From positions 2,176,001-2,240,000 of the forward strand of contig CAWETU010000001.1 of NCBI GenBank assembly GCA_963812135.1: a DNA stretch of 64,000 nucleotides, in the 5' to 3' direction. How positions within the stretch are numbered: the first letter of the stretch is position 1; each line of letters opens with the position of its first letter. A model generated the notes under the pieces. It worked only from the letters and a program-made list of their open reading frames with translations, was not told the origin of the DNA and ran no database searches. Source of the stretch: Vulcanimicrobiota bacterium. GTDB taxonomy: Bacteria; Vulcanimicrobiota; Vulcanimicrobiia; Eremiobacterales; Eremiobacteraceae. Made by a program: the position numbers and the translations under genes. This document shows, piece after piece, positions 20,607 through 29,462 of this stretch.

Positions 20607-21447
20607 CGCTCGACCGGCAACGGTGCTGACGCAGCCCGACGTCGCAGGCACGATGCATCGCGCGCTCGCGATCTTCGTGCGCGATGCGCGCCTCGCCCTG
20701 GCATATCCGGCGAGCTTCTGGCTGCAGTGGCTCAACATACTCGTCTCGATCGCGATGGCGTTCTTCCTAGCGCGGCTGTTCGGATCGTCTGCCAAGTTCG
20801 GGTTCCATGGGCCTGCGAGCTACTTCTTCTTCCTCACGGTGAACCTCGCGTTCGTGCGCTTCCAGCAGACCGCGCTCATGAGCTTCGCGCAAGCGATCCG
20901 CGATGCGCAGACGGCCGGCACGCTCGAGGTCATCCTGGCGACGCCGACGCGCCTGCCGGTCATCGTGCTTTCGGCCGGGCTGTGGGCGTTCGGCTTCACC
21001 GCGTTGCAGACGGCCGTGTATCTGGGAGTCGCGGTGCTGTTCGGTTTGGATCTCGCGCACGCGAACATCGGCGCCGCGGCGCTCTTCATCATGCTCACGA
21101 TCACGTGTTTGTCGACCGTCGGCGTCATGGCGGCGGCGGCGGTCATGACGTTCAAACAAGTCGGGCCGCTCGACTTCATGATGGCAGGCGCCACGAATCT
21201 GTTCGGCGGCGTCTACTTCCCGCTGACCATCCTGCCGCTGCCGCTGCAGGTCATCGGCTGGCTGCTCCCGATCACCCACGCGTTGAGCGGAATCCGCGGC
21301 GCGCTGCACGGCGCGTCGCTCGCGCAATTGGCGCCGGATGCGCTGTGGCTCAGCGTCGCTACTGTTATCCTCTTGCCGGTTTCTCTCGTGATCTTCGGCC
21401 ACGCCGTGCGGCGCGCCAAAGTCGACGGCACGCTGGGGCAATACTGA
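20599..21447 (+). CDS. ABC-2 type permease
   Basis: About six TMs; GTLEVILATP, GGVYFPLTILP, LPITHAL. Confidence 0.88.
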   Translation: MLDARPATVLTQPDVAGTMHRALAIFVRDARLALAYPASFWLQWLNILVSIAMAFFLARLFGSSAKFGFHGPASYFFFLTVNLAFVRFQQTALMSFAQAIRDAQTAGTLEVILATPTRLPVIVLSAGLWAFGFTALQTAVYLGVAVLFGLDLAHANIGAAALFIMLTITCLSTVGVMAAAAVMTFKQVGPLDFMMAGATNLFGGVYFPLTILPLPLQVIGWLLPITHALSGIRGALHGASLAQLAPDALWLSVATVILLPVSLVIFGHAVRRAKVDGTLGQY

Positions 21448-22160
21448 TGATGGCGGCGCGCGACGCTGCAGCCGTGGTAGCGCCTGTCAGCCGCCACTGC
21501 GTGATGGTCGCGCCCGGATATGACGCGACGCCGGCGCTTGTCGAGCGTTTGACCGCTGCCTTGAACGAGAGCGGCGCAGCGGTGGCCATCGCCTCGCCGT
21601 TCGCACGCGGCGGGCGGCTGCACGACCGCTCGTGGGTGGCCCGCATGGTGACCGCGTGGAGCAACGGGTTCTTGTCGCTTGCCGCACACGGCGACGTCGC
21701 AACGGTCGTCGGCACGATCCGCGTGTGCGAGCCCGAAGCACTCGACCGCATCCTGGCGAGTGCGCCGGGGATCGATCTCGATGCCGAAGTCGTGCTTCAG
21801 GCGCGCCGGCTTCATCTGGGCATCGTCGAGGTGCCCGCGGAGCTCGAGCGCACCGGACCTGCCGGTCGTTACTCGACGAGGAGCGTGAGTGCAGCCGCCG
21901 CGCGCTGCTGGGCGCGGGTGCGTTGCGGACTTTTCTATCGCCCTTCACTGTGGCTAGCATTGCCCGGTTTGTTTCCCGGATTGCTGCCCTTGGTCGTCGC
22001 GTTTCTTCTATTAGTACACGCCTCGCCCGGCCAGCTCACGCTGTGGACGATCGTCACGCTGATCGTGCAGTACGGCAGTCTTGGGTTGTTCTCGTGGCAG
22101 GCGGTTGGGTTTGCGTTCAAACGCTGGTTCCGGCGGGACACTCGTCCAAGCACCTCATAG
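21447..22160 (+). CDS. Truncated GT2-like protein lacking the N-terminal nucleotide-binding half and DxD
   Basis: Aligns by eye to the C-terminal part of 10257..11321 (ASPFARGGRL vs ASPYMEGGRI; GLFYRP vs GFLFRP); two C-terminal TMs. Confidence 0.65.
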   Translation: MMAARDAAAVVAPVSRHCVMVAPGYDATPALVERLTAALNESGAAVAIASPFARGGRLHDRSWVARMVTAWSNGFLSLAAHGDVATVVGTIRVCEPEALDRILASAPGIDLDAEVVLQARRLHLGIVEVPAELERTGPAGRYSTRSVSAAAARCWARVRCGLFYRPSLWLALPGLFPGLLPLVVAFLLLVHASPGQLTLWTIVTLIVQYGSLGLFSWQAVGFAFKRWFRRDTRPSTS

Positions 22161-22182
22161 TAGCGTCACGTTGGAGGTGCGT

Positions 22183-22953
22183 ATGAGATGGGATAGTCGC
22201 TTCGTCCTGTGTGCTGTGTGCCTGATCGTGCTGGCCGCAGGTTGCTCGAAAGGTTCGCAAGGCGGACCCTCGGGTGGCCAGACGCTAAGCACATTTCCCA
22301 TGTACTCGCCGAGTTCGGTTGCCACCGTCGGCAAATACGACGATAGCAATGAAGTCACAAAGCTCGGCTCGTCGTTTTTTGAGACAGGCCCTGACGCGAA
22401 TCACCCATTCATCGGTACGCAGGAGCTGCTCAAGACGAGCGCGAGCATCGACGATCTCGATGCGTGGCTCGTGAAACTCGACCAGTCGCCTCCCACTGAT
22501 TTCTCTCCGAATGAAACGCCCGAGCAAACCACGAGCGCCGCTCCCGCCACCGGGCAATCGGGCGCACCGGAGCCGAGTCCTTCGCCGAGCGAGAATCCGA
22601 TACGAGATTCACTGAAGATATTCGGTGTTGTGCCGTCAGAGTATTGGACGAAAGACCACAGCCGCGTCGTGATGTTGATCGTCTTCGATCCGAAGAAGGT
22701 GGCCGATCACCTCGGCCCGACGATGGACGTGCTCGATCAATATGACAAGATCCCCGCGCTGATGCGCGGCGCGATGGACGAGACCATCAAGAAGCAGGTC
22801 GGCCTTTCGGTCTCGGACCTGACGAGCCCGAACACGCCGATGGGGATGATCGTCTACGCAGCGCGCAATTGGAGGAACGAAGACACCCGTGCGATTATCC
22901 TGGTCGATGCGAATCGCCAGACGTACACGCTGCCGACCCCGCACAACACGTAG
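22183..22953 (+). CDS. Putative lipoprotein, unknown function
   Basis: GGAGGT RBS; LAAGC lipobox. Confidence 0.75.
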   Translation: MRWDSRFVLCAVCLIVLAAGCSKGSQGGPSGGQTLSTFPMYSPSSVATVGKYDDSNEVTKLGSSFFETGPDANHPFIGTQELLKTSASIDDLDAWLVKLDQSPPTDFSPNETPEQTTSAAPATGQSGAPEPSPSPSENPIRDSLKIFGVVPSEYWTKDHSRVVMLIVFDPKKVADHLGPTMDVLDQYDKIPALMRGAMDETIKKQVGLSVSDLTSPNTPMGMIVYAARNWRNEDTRAIILVDANRQTYTLPTPHNT

Positions 22954-22991
22954 CCTTTGATCCCGCCGTCTAAGGAGTGCAGACCCTTGCG

Positions 22992-23287
22992 CCGTTCACC
23001 ACGTGAGCGCCGGTGAGCGGGTGAGAGTGCCCCGGCGGACACGGACCTGCCAGAGTTTTTGCGACATCGGATGGAACCAGATAGTGTTCGAGATCCGATT
23101 CGTTCAAGGCGCCGCCACCTGAGGTGATGCGCGCCCACCGCCCCTCTCGCTTAGCCGCAAGAATCTGCCCCCGTTCACCACTACGCCGTCAGCAGTCGAG
23201 ATCGTGCCCGACGGACACGGACCGTGCCAGAGTTTTTGCAAGATCGGATGGAACCAGATGGTGTTCGAGATCACGATTCGTTACGGC
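22992..23287 (+). repeat. Imperfect ~120-bp direct repeat, two copies (~22992-23110 and ~23171-23287)
   Basis: Shared ccgttcaccac...cggacacggacc(g)tgccagagtttttgc..atcggatggaaccagat.gtgttcgagatc(a)cgattcgtt. Confidence 0.8.
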
Positions 23288-23289
23288 AG

Positions 23290-23545
23290 CGACTTTGAAG
23301 GCGACCATCAACGGTCTCATGTTCGGCAACACGCCGAAGATGGTCATGAAGAAGGGTGAACGCGTGCGCTGGTATCTGCTCGCGATCGGGTTCAGCTCCA
23401 ATCTCCAGACCGTGCACTAGCCCTCGTAGACCGTCGTGAACGCCGGCAAGATCAACAATGTCTCGGCATCTCGCCCGCGCAGTTGGAAGTCGTCGATATG
23501 GCGCCCGTCAACCCGCGACAAGCTGTTGATCGTCAGTGACGACAA
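23290..23545 (+). pseudogene. Decayed multicopper-oxidase (cupredoxin domain) fragment
   Basis: TINGLMFGNTPKMVMKKGERVRWYLLAIG...LQTVH* then, after stops and a shift, TVVNAG...ISPAQLEVVDMAPVNP; matches the MCO HxxHxHG...DMxPxNPG region. Confidence 0.65.
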
Positions 23546-23595
23546 AGTTGCAGTTGTGGTGGTCAACATAGTGACGGCCGCGAACAGCGCAATCA

Positions 23596-24636
23596 CTATA
23601 CCCACTCCGGAGCTGCGGGTTCGGGGATCAGCGCGTACTTGTAGCCCTGTCTGCGATCGAGGCGTTCGAAAATGTCTTGCAGGTTCGCCAAGGGCGCGAT
23701 GCCGGAGACGAGCGGACGCACCGGGATGCTGCCCGCGATCAATAGATCGCGCGCCTCGCGCACGTCGGCGGGCGTGAAGTGAAATGCGCCGAGCAGCGTG
23801 AGCTCTTCGTAGTGGAGGCGCGTCGCGTCTACCGGCACCTCACTGCCCGACGACAGGCCCGAAAAGAGCAGCGTGCGTCCGCCTGGGCGCGTCAGCGCGA
23901 CCGCCTGGCGCCATGTCTCGGGCGTGCCGGCGCATTCGATGACAGCGCCGAATTTCGGCGCCGCGAGTTCGGCCGCTTGCGCGCTCGCGTCGATCGTCTC
24001 GTGCGCGCCGAGCGCGCGGGCAAGTTCGAGACGAGGCGCGCTGCGCGCGATCACCGTTGCGCGGATGCCTGCGTGCTTGGCGTAGAGCAGGTGCAACAGT
24101 CCGATCGTGCCCGCACCGATGATCGCCAGACTTTGCGGGTTGGGGCGTTGCGCGTTCGCGCGACGCAGGGCGTTCCAGCCGTGCACGACGCAGCTCAGCG
24201 GCTCCAGGAAGGCCGCCTCGATGTAGCTCAAACCGACGGGCTTCTTGAAGACATTGCGGCGCACGATCTTGCGCGGCAGCACGATGTAGTCTGCATACGC
24301 GCCGAGCGCCATGTCGTCGAAGATGTGCTCGCACAGGTTCTCCGAGCCGCTGCGGCACGCATCGCATTCGCCGCACGGCGCGGTCTGCACCCACATGATC
24401 GCGTCGCCGGGTTTGAACTCTTTGACGTCGCGGCCGATGGCAACGACGTCGCCCGCGGCCTCATGGCCGAACGGACCGAACTTGAGCTTCGGATGTCCGC
24501 GGCGATAGGTCTTCAGGTCGGTGCCACAGGTGAGCGCCGCTCGCACTCTTACGAGGAGTTCACCCGCGCCTGGCTGCGGACTGGGCGCCTCGCGCCACTC
24601 CAACGTCTTCGGCGCGGTGAGGGTCGCTTGGCGCAC
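23596..24636 (-). CDS. Zinc-dependent medium-chain dehydrogenase (threonine/sorbitol dehydrogenase-like)
   Basis: CGTD, GHE, CGECDAC-x7-C, EPLSC, GAGTIG; GTG start overlapping upstream stop. Confidence 0.9.
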   Translation of the reverse strand: MRQATLTAPKTLEWREAPSPQPGAGELLVRVRAALTCGTDLKTYRRGHPKLKFGPFGHEAAGDVVAIGRDVKEFKPGDAIMWVQTAPCGECDACRSGSENLCEHIFDDMALGAYADYIVLPRKIVRRNVFKKPVGLSYIEAAFLEPLSCVVHGWNALRRANAQRPNPQSLAIIGAGTIGLLHLLYAKHAGIRATVIARSAPRLELARALGAHETIDASAQAAELAAPKFGAVIECAGTPETWRQAVALTRPGGRTLLFSGLSSGSEVPVDATRLHYEELTLLGAFHFTPADVREARDLLIAGSIPVRPLVSGIAPLANLQDIFERLDRRQGYKYALIPEPAAPEWV

Positions 24637-25526
24637 TACTCGATCACGCGCACGCCGGCGGCGCGCTCGTACAATTCGGATACGACGCTGTAGTCGAGCT
24701 TGCCGTAGCCTTCGCCCGAGGCTTGCAGATACAATTGGCCGGCGAGCGCCGAGGCGATCATCGGGATCTGCATCTGCTTGGCGGCGTCGAGCGCGGCATT
24801 GAGATCTTTGCGCAGCAGATCGAGCGCGAAGCCGCCTTCGTGACTGCCCTTGAACCACGTGTTGGGCAGCCATTTGTCGAGGAGGTAGTTCGAACCGGTC
24901 GCGGTCGCGATCACTTTGCGCAACAGCTCGATGTCGGCGCCCGACTTCTTGGCGAACACCATCGCTTCGACGTCGGCGAGCATCACCACCGAGATGATGA
25001 TCTGGTTGACGAGTTTGAACGTCTCGCCCATGCCGGCGGGTCCGACAAGGGTGGGATTGCCCATCGCTCGCAAGATCGGCTCGCACGTCTGATAAGTCTG
25101 CTCGTCGCCACCCGCCATGATCGTGAGCTCGCCGCTCGCCGCGCGGCTCGGGCCGCCCGAGACGGGCGCATCGAGCATGTGGATGCCGCGCTCGCGCAGC
25201 TTTTCGTGAAACGAGCGCGACGCGACAGGCGAGATGGTGGACATGTCGATGACGTACGCGCCGGATTTCATGCCCGCCGCCACGCCGCGGTCGCCGAAGA
25301 GCGCTTCTTCGACTTGCGGGCTGTCGGGCACCATGATGACAACGGCCTCGGAGGCGGCGCCGACCGCCGCCGGATCCTTCTCTTCGATCGCGCCTTGTTT
25401 GACCAGGCGTTCGACGCGTTCGCGCGTTTTGTGCGCGCTGATATGGAGGGTGAAGCCTGCGCGGAGCAGCGACGTGCCCATCGGCTCGCCCATCGCGCCG
25501 ACGCCGACCAGTCCTATGTGCTTCAT
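24636..25526 (-). CDS. 3-hydroxyisobutyrate dehydrogenase / tartronate semialdehyde reductase family
   Basis: GVGAMG, DMSTISP, DAPVSGG, KLVNQ, KDL. Confidence 0.9.
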   Translation of the reverse strand: MKHIGLVGVGAMGEPMGTSLLRAGFTLHISAHKTRERVERLVKQGAIEEKDPAAVGAASEAVVIMVPDSPQVEEALFGDRGVAAGMKSGAYVIDMSTISPVASRSFHEKLRERGIHMLDAPVSGGPSRAASGELTIMAGGDEQTYQTCEPILRAMGNPTLVGPAGMGETFKLVNQIIISVVMLADVEAMVFAKKSGADIELLRKVIATATGSNYLLDKWLPNTWFKGSHEGGFALDLLRKDLNAALDAAKQMQIPMIASALAGQLYLQASGEGYGKLDYSVVSELYERAAGVRVIE

Positions 25527-25571
25527 GCCCGTAGAATGGGCCGAGTGGAGCGAAAGCTCCTGGCGAGCGTG

Positions 25572-26591
25572 CTAGGTCGAGATCTTGCCGATCTGCGACG
25601 CGTTGAATTCCTCGAACCAGATGTTGCCGTCCGCGCCGGCCGCGACGCTGCTTGCGCCAGCCTGCGGGGTGGGCAGCCCCCACTCGGTGATGGTGCCTGC
25701 GGTCGTGATGCGTCCGATCCGATTCGCAAGGAACTCGGCGAACCACAGATTGCCGTCGGGCCCGACCGTGATGCCTTGCGGTTCGTCAGTCGCGATCGAT
25801 TTGGGAACGGTGAGCGGGTACTCGGTTATCGTGCCGCCGGTCGTGATCTTGCCGATCTTGCTTGGCCCATCTTCGGTGAACCAAAGATTGCCGTCGGGCC
25901 CCGCCACAATGCCCCAGGGCTGGCTTTGCGGCGTGGGGATCGTGAACTCGGTCACCTGACCGGCCGGCGTGATCTTGCCAATATATCCGACGTTGTCGGC
26001 GAACCAAACATTGCCGTCGGGACCTTTGGTGATGCCCATGACACCCGGTGTATCGCCGTTCTTCGACTTGAACGCGTAGGTCGTGATCGTTCCGCCGGGC
26101 GTGATCTTGCCGATGAGTCCGGACGCGCCGAACCAGATGTTGCCGTCCGGTCCGGCCGAGATGTACTCAATGAGACTACCGCCTGACACCGTATAAAGCG
26201 TCGCGGTCCCGCCTGTCGTCAGGCGTCCGACTTGGTTCGTGTTGATCGACGTGAACCACAAGTTGCCATCGGGACCGGTGGCGATGCCGTTGAGCTGCAA
26301 GCCTGGGGTGGGCAACGTGTATTCGGTGACGCTGCCGGCGGGCGTGATCTTGCCGATCTTGCCGGTGATGAGCTCGTTGAACCACACGTTGCCGTCTGGT
26401 CCTTCGGTCAACCCGTATGGATCGGCGTTTTTCGTCGTCAGCGAGTACTCTGTGACGGTGCCGGCGCTTCCGGTCGGGCCACCTCCGCCGGGTCCGTGTG
26501 GAGCGCCTGGCGTTCCACCGCCGCCGGCGCATCCGGCTGCGGCGAGCGCGAGCGAAACGCAAAGCGCGGGAAATCGAACCTTGGTGAGCAC
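25572..26591 (-). CDS. Vgb-family (virginiamycin B lyase-like) beta-propeller lipoprotein
   Basis: AAAGC lipobox; seven G(P/A)DGN(L/V/I)WF repeats; GTG start after AAAGGGG. Confidence 0.85.
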   Translation of the reverse strand: MLTKVRFPALCVSLALAAAGCAGGGGTPGAPHGPGGGGPTGSAGTVTEYSLTTKNADPYGLTEGPDGNVWFNELITGKIGKITPAGSVTEYTLPTPGLQLNGIATGPDGNLWFTSINTNQVGRLTTGGTATLYTVSGGSLIEYISAGPDGNIWFGASGLIGKITPGGTITTYAFKSKNGDTPGVMGITKGPDGNVWFADNVGYIGKITPAGQVTEFTIPTPQSQPWGIVAGPDGNLWFTEDGPSKIGKITTGGTITEYPLTVPKSIATDEPQGITVGPDGNLWFAEFLANRIGRITTAGTITEWGLPTPQAGASSVAAGADGNIWFEEFNASQIGKIST

Positions 26592-26729
26592 GTGCGGTCC
26601 CCTTTTGATAGACATTCTAAACGATGAGTGCCCATTAAGGATGTAACCCAGCTCGTTATCGCAGGTCACACCCTGCGCTCAGCCTGGTATCTTTAGTAAT
26701 AGGCTTCTGGGCAAAGGTGACCGTTCACG

Positions 26730-27104
26730 CTATTCTTTTGCAGGCTCCCACAGTTCGACGCGATTGCCATCGAGATCGGTGAACCAGCCGAAGCGCCCGT
26801 AGTCGAGTTCCTCGATCTTCTGGTCGACGGTCACGCCCGCAGCGCGCAATGTTTTGAGCATCTCATCCAGATCGTCGACGCGATAGTTGATCATGAAATT
26901 CGCGCGACTGTCCGCGAAATATTTGTCGTCTTTGGCGAACAGCCCCAATACCGTCATGCCTGGCGATCCGTCTTCCTCTTGCCACGTGAAGATGGCCGAG
27001 TTGTCGTTGATCTTGATCCCAAGATGCTCGCGGTACCACGCGCCGAGCTTGTCGATGTCCGCGCTCTTGAAGAAAACTCCGCCGATTCCGGTCACTCGAG
27101 CCAT
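26730..27104 (-). CDS. VOC / glyoxalase family protein
   Basis: VTGIGGVFF, MINYRVDDLD, YGRFGWF.D.DGNRVELWEP. Confidence 0.9.
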   Translation of the reverse strand: MARVTGIGGVFFKSADIDKLGAWYREHLGIKINDNSAIFTWQEEDGSPGMTVLGLFAKDDKYFADSRANFMINYRVDDLDEMLKTLRAAGVTVDQKIEELDYGRFGWFTDLDGNRVELWEPAKE

Positions 27105-27115
27105 ATCAACCCCCG

Positions 27116-29416
27116 TTAGAAGCGTTGGGTCACGGTGAGCCGCACCGCGCGGCCCTGCAGCGAGTACGCATCGGTTGGCATCGTCCCGCCGGGTATCGGA
27201 TACGGCACACCCGCGCCGACTAGCGTGAACTTCTGGTCGAACTGATCCGTGAGGTTGCTGCCGGCGACGCTCACATCCGTGTGGCCGAACGACATGCCGA
27301 CGCTTGCGTCGACGAGCATATAGGCGCCGCGGTCGAGCTCGTTGTTCGTGCTCTCATAGGATCCGGTCAGTGAATAGCTCAGGCCGCCGGGTTGCGCCGC
27401 TCGGTCCACGAGCAGTTGGGCCTTATGCAACGGAATGCCCTGGAACTGTGCGCCGGGGATCACGTCCGGCGCGGCGGGGTTCAACAGGAACGGATTCACC
27501 GTCGGAAACGCGGAGTTGATGCCGTAGCTGGCTTGCAGCGCGACGCTCGGCGTCACCGGCTGGTCGACGCGGAGCTCGACGCCTTGGTAGTACGACTGCC
27601 CGATGTTGCCGAGGAACGTCAATTGGCCGGCCGCATTGACGGTCTGAAAGCCCGCGTCGTCGATGAGCGTGCGATACGCGTTGAGCACACCATGCGTCGG
27701 GTAGCGGCCGTGGCCGAAGAGATGCTCGGCGCCGAGCTCGTACTCGACGGAACGCTCGGCTTGCAGCGCCGGGTTGAACGCGAGCTCGCTGAGGAGCGGT
27801 GCCCGAAAACCGGTACCAAAGGAGGCGCGCACGACGCTGTCTGGTGGCGTCCACACGAGCGCGACGCGCGGATCGAGACTCGTGCCGAACGTGCTGAAGG
27901 CGCTGTAGTACAACGCGGTCGTGTAATGCAAGCGGGCGGTAGGGCTCCACGTGTAGCGCCCGACCGCCCAGCGCTCGATGGCGTATTGCGTCGGCGGTCC
28001 CGGTGCGAATGCGTCCGGCGCCGTGAGCCGCTCGCGCCGTATGTCATACACGAGTGCCAGCGTGCCGTCCGACGCCGCGCTCGATGCTCGCTCGTACGAG
28101 ACGATATCGTCGTCGATGCGATCGGCCTCGTTGATCAGATACGGGTTAAGCGTCGGACTGATGTTTTCTGTCGATTGGTTGTAGAGCTGCGTGAGATGCC
28201 GGAGCGTCAGCGTCGCCGGCACGACGCCATTCACATCCTTTGCGCCGAGCGGCAGCTGGAGGTCAGCGCTGTATGAAGGCGCGGCGCTCGACACCGAGGC
28301 GCCCGGCGCATTGATCGCGGTGAACGGGGCATTCGGCGCCGTATCGGCCGGATCGTCAGGCGCGCTCAACGGCGCGGACAGGTCGCGGATCGCCGCCGTG
28401 TCGCGAAAGCCGACTTCAAGAAAGCCTTCGCGGCCCGGGATCGAGTAACGGAGTTTGGCGAGCGCGATCGTGCCGTCGATGCTCGACCCGACGTTTGCGG
28501 TTTGCGCCGGCGTGCCCGGACCCGGCGTCGCGATGGTGATCGGAAAGTCGAAGACTTGGCCTTGCGTGGTGAAGCGACGATACAACGCCGCATAGCCGAT
28601 GCGTTCATCGGTACCGGTGGCTTCGACGGTCTCGCCGAACGTGTCGAAACTTCCGTACGACGCGCGCAACAGGCCTTGCGCCTTCGCGGTCGGTTCGATG
28701 GTCCGGAAATTGATCGCGCCGCCTTCGGAGTTCGCGCCGACGAGCGATGAGGGCGCGATGCCGTAGACGATCTGCACGCCCGCGAACTCGGCCGGGTCGA
28801 GCAGCTCGAGCTCGACGTCGCCCGTGTTGTTGTTGTTCAATTGATGTCCGTCGACGTCGACGATCGTCTCAGATGGATCAGGTCCGCGAAGCGCAGCGCT
28901 TTGCGGCAGTCCCGGCGCGCCGCCGCCTTGTCGCACCATCGTCACCGAGATCTGCTGCGCGAGCACGTCGCTCAGCTGGACCACACCGCGTTCCGCGAGC
29001 GCCTGCGGATTGATCTCGGTGGTCGGGGCGGACGCGCGTGAGAGCGCAGCTGAACCATTCACGATGACGCTGCCGAGCGTCGCCACGCCACCCGCCGCAG
29101 CTCGCTGCAAGACGATCTCAACATGCGTTGGGGTATCGGCGCTGACCGCGACCTCGCGGTTCGCGATCGGTGCGAAACCTGGCGCGCGGACCTGCAACCC
29201 GTACGCGCCGGCTTGGACATTTGGAATGGTGAACTCGCCATCGCCATCCGACACGGACTCATAGCGATGCGCGGGTGCGATCAAGACGACATGCGCGGCC
29301 GCGATCGGCGCGCCGCCCGAATCCTTAATTAGACCTTCGACGAATCCGGATGCCGCTGCGGGCGCCGCGAAGAGCACGAGCAATCCTAATGTCATCATCA
29401 CACGGCGTGGCCACAT
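27116..29416 (-). CDS. TonB-dependent receptor with N-terminal carboxypeptidase-regulatory-like domain
   Basis: Signal peptide, G.IKD..G.PI..A.V, plug (LRG..P.ET.V.VDG; GGAINF), beta-barrel, C-terminal Phe; start approximate. Confidence 0.88.
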   Translation of the reverse strand: MWPRRVMMTLGLLVLFAAPAAASGFVEGLIKDSGGAPIAAAHVVLIAPAHRYESVSDGDGEFTIPNVQAGAYGLQVRAPGFAPIANREVAVSADTPTHVEIVLQRAAAGGVATLGSVIVNGSAALSRASAPTTEINPQALAERGVVQLSDVLAQQISVTMVRQGGGAPGLPQSAALRGPDPSETIVDVDGHQLNNNNTGDVELELLDPAEFAGVQIVYGIAPSSLVGANSEGGAINFRTIEPTAKAQGLLRASYGSFDTFGETVEATGTDERIGYAALYRRFTTQGQVFDFPITIATPGPGTPAQTANVGSSIDGTIALAKLRYSIPGREGFLEVGFRDTAAIRDLSAPLSAPDDPADTAPNAPFTAINAPGASVSSAAPSYSADLQLPLGAKDVNGVVPATLTLRHLTQLYNQSTENISPTLNPYLINEADRIDDDIVSYERASSAASDGTLALVYDIRRERLTAPDAFAPGPPTQYAIERWAVGRYTWSPTARLHYTTALYYSAFSTFGTSLDPRVALVWTPPDSVVRASFGTGFRAPLLSELAFNPALQAERSVEYELGAEHLFGHGRYPTHGVLNAYRTLIDDAGFQTVNAAGQLTFLGNIGQSYYQGVELRVDQPVTPSVALQASYGINSAFPTVNPFLLNPAAPDVIPGAQFQGIPLHKAQLLVDRAAQPGGLSYSLTGSYESTNNELDRGAYMLVDASVGMSFGHTDVSVAGSNLTDQFDQKFTLVGAGVPYPIPGGTMPTDAYSLQGRAVRLTVTQRF

Positions 29417-29462
29417 GTTGAAAGGACTTGTCATCAACCGGAGTAAGCGCCTCCCCGCGTAC

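Noticed and set aside
22992..23287. CRISPR array
   Set aside because: Only two long, indel-ridden copies, no repeat-spacer periodicity, no cas genes
23596..25746. 716-aa ORF
   Set aside because: N-terminal half is an off-frame read of the 3-hydroxyacid dehydrogenase; the real MDR gene starts at 24636
25572..26591. Streptogramin resistance gene vgb
   Set aside because: Lipoprotein signal and only fold-level similarity; function cannot be assigned
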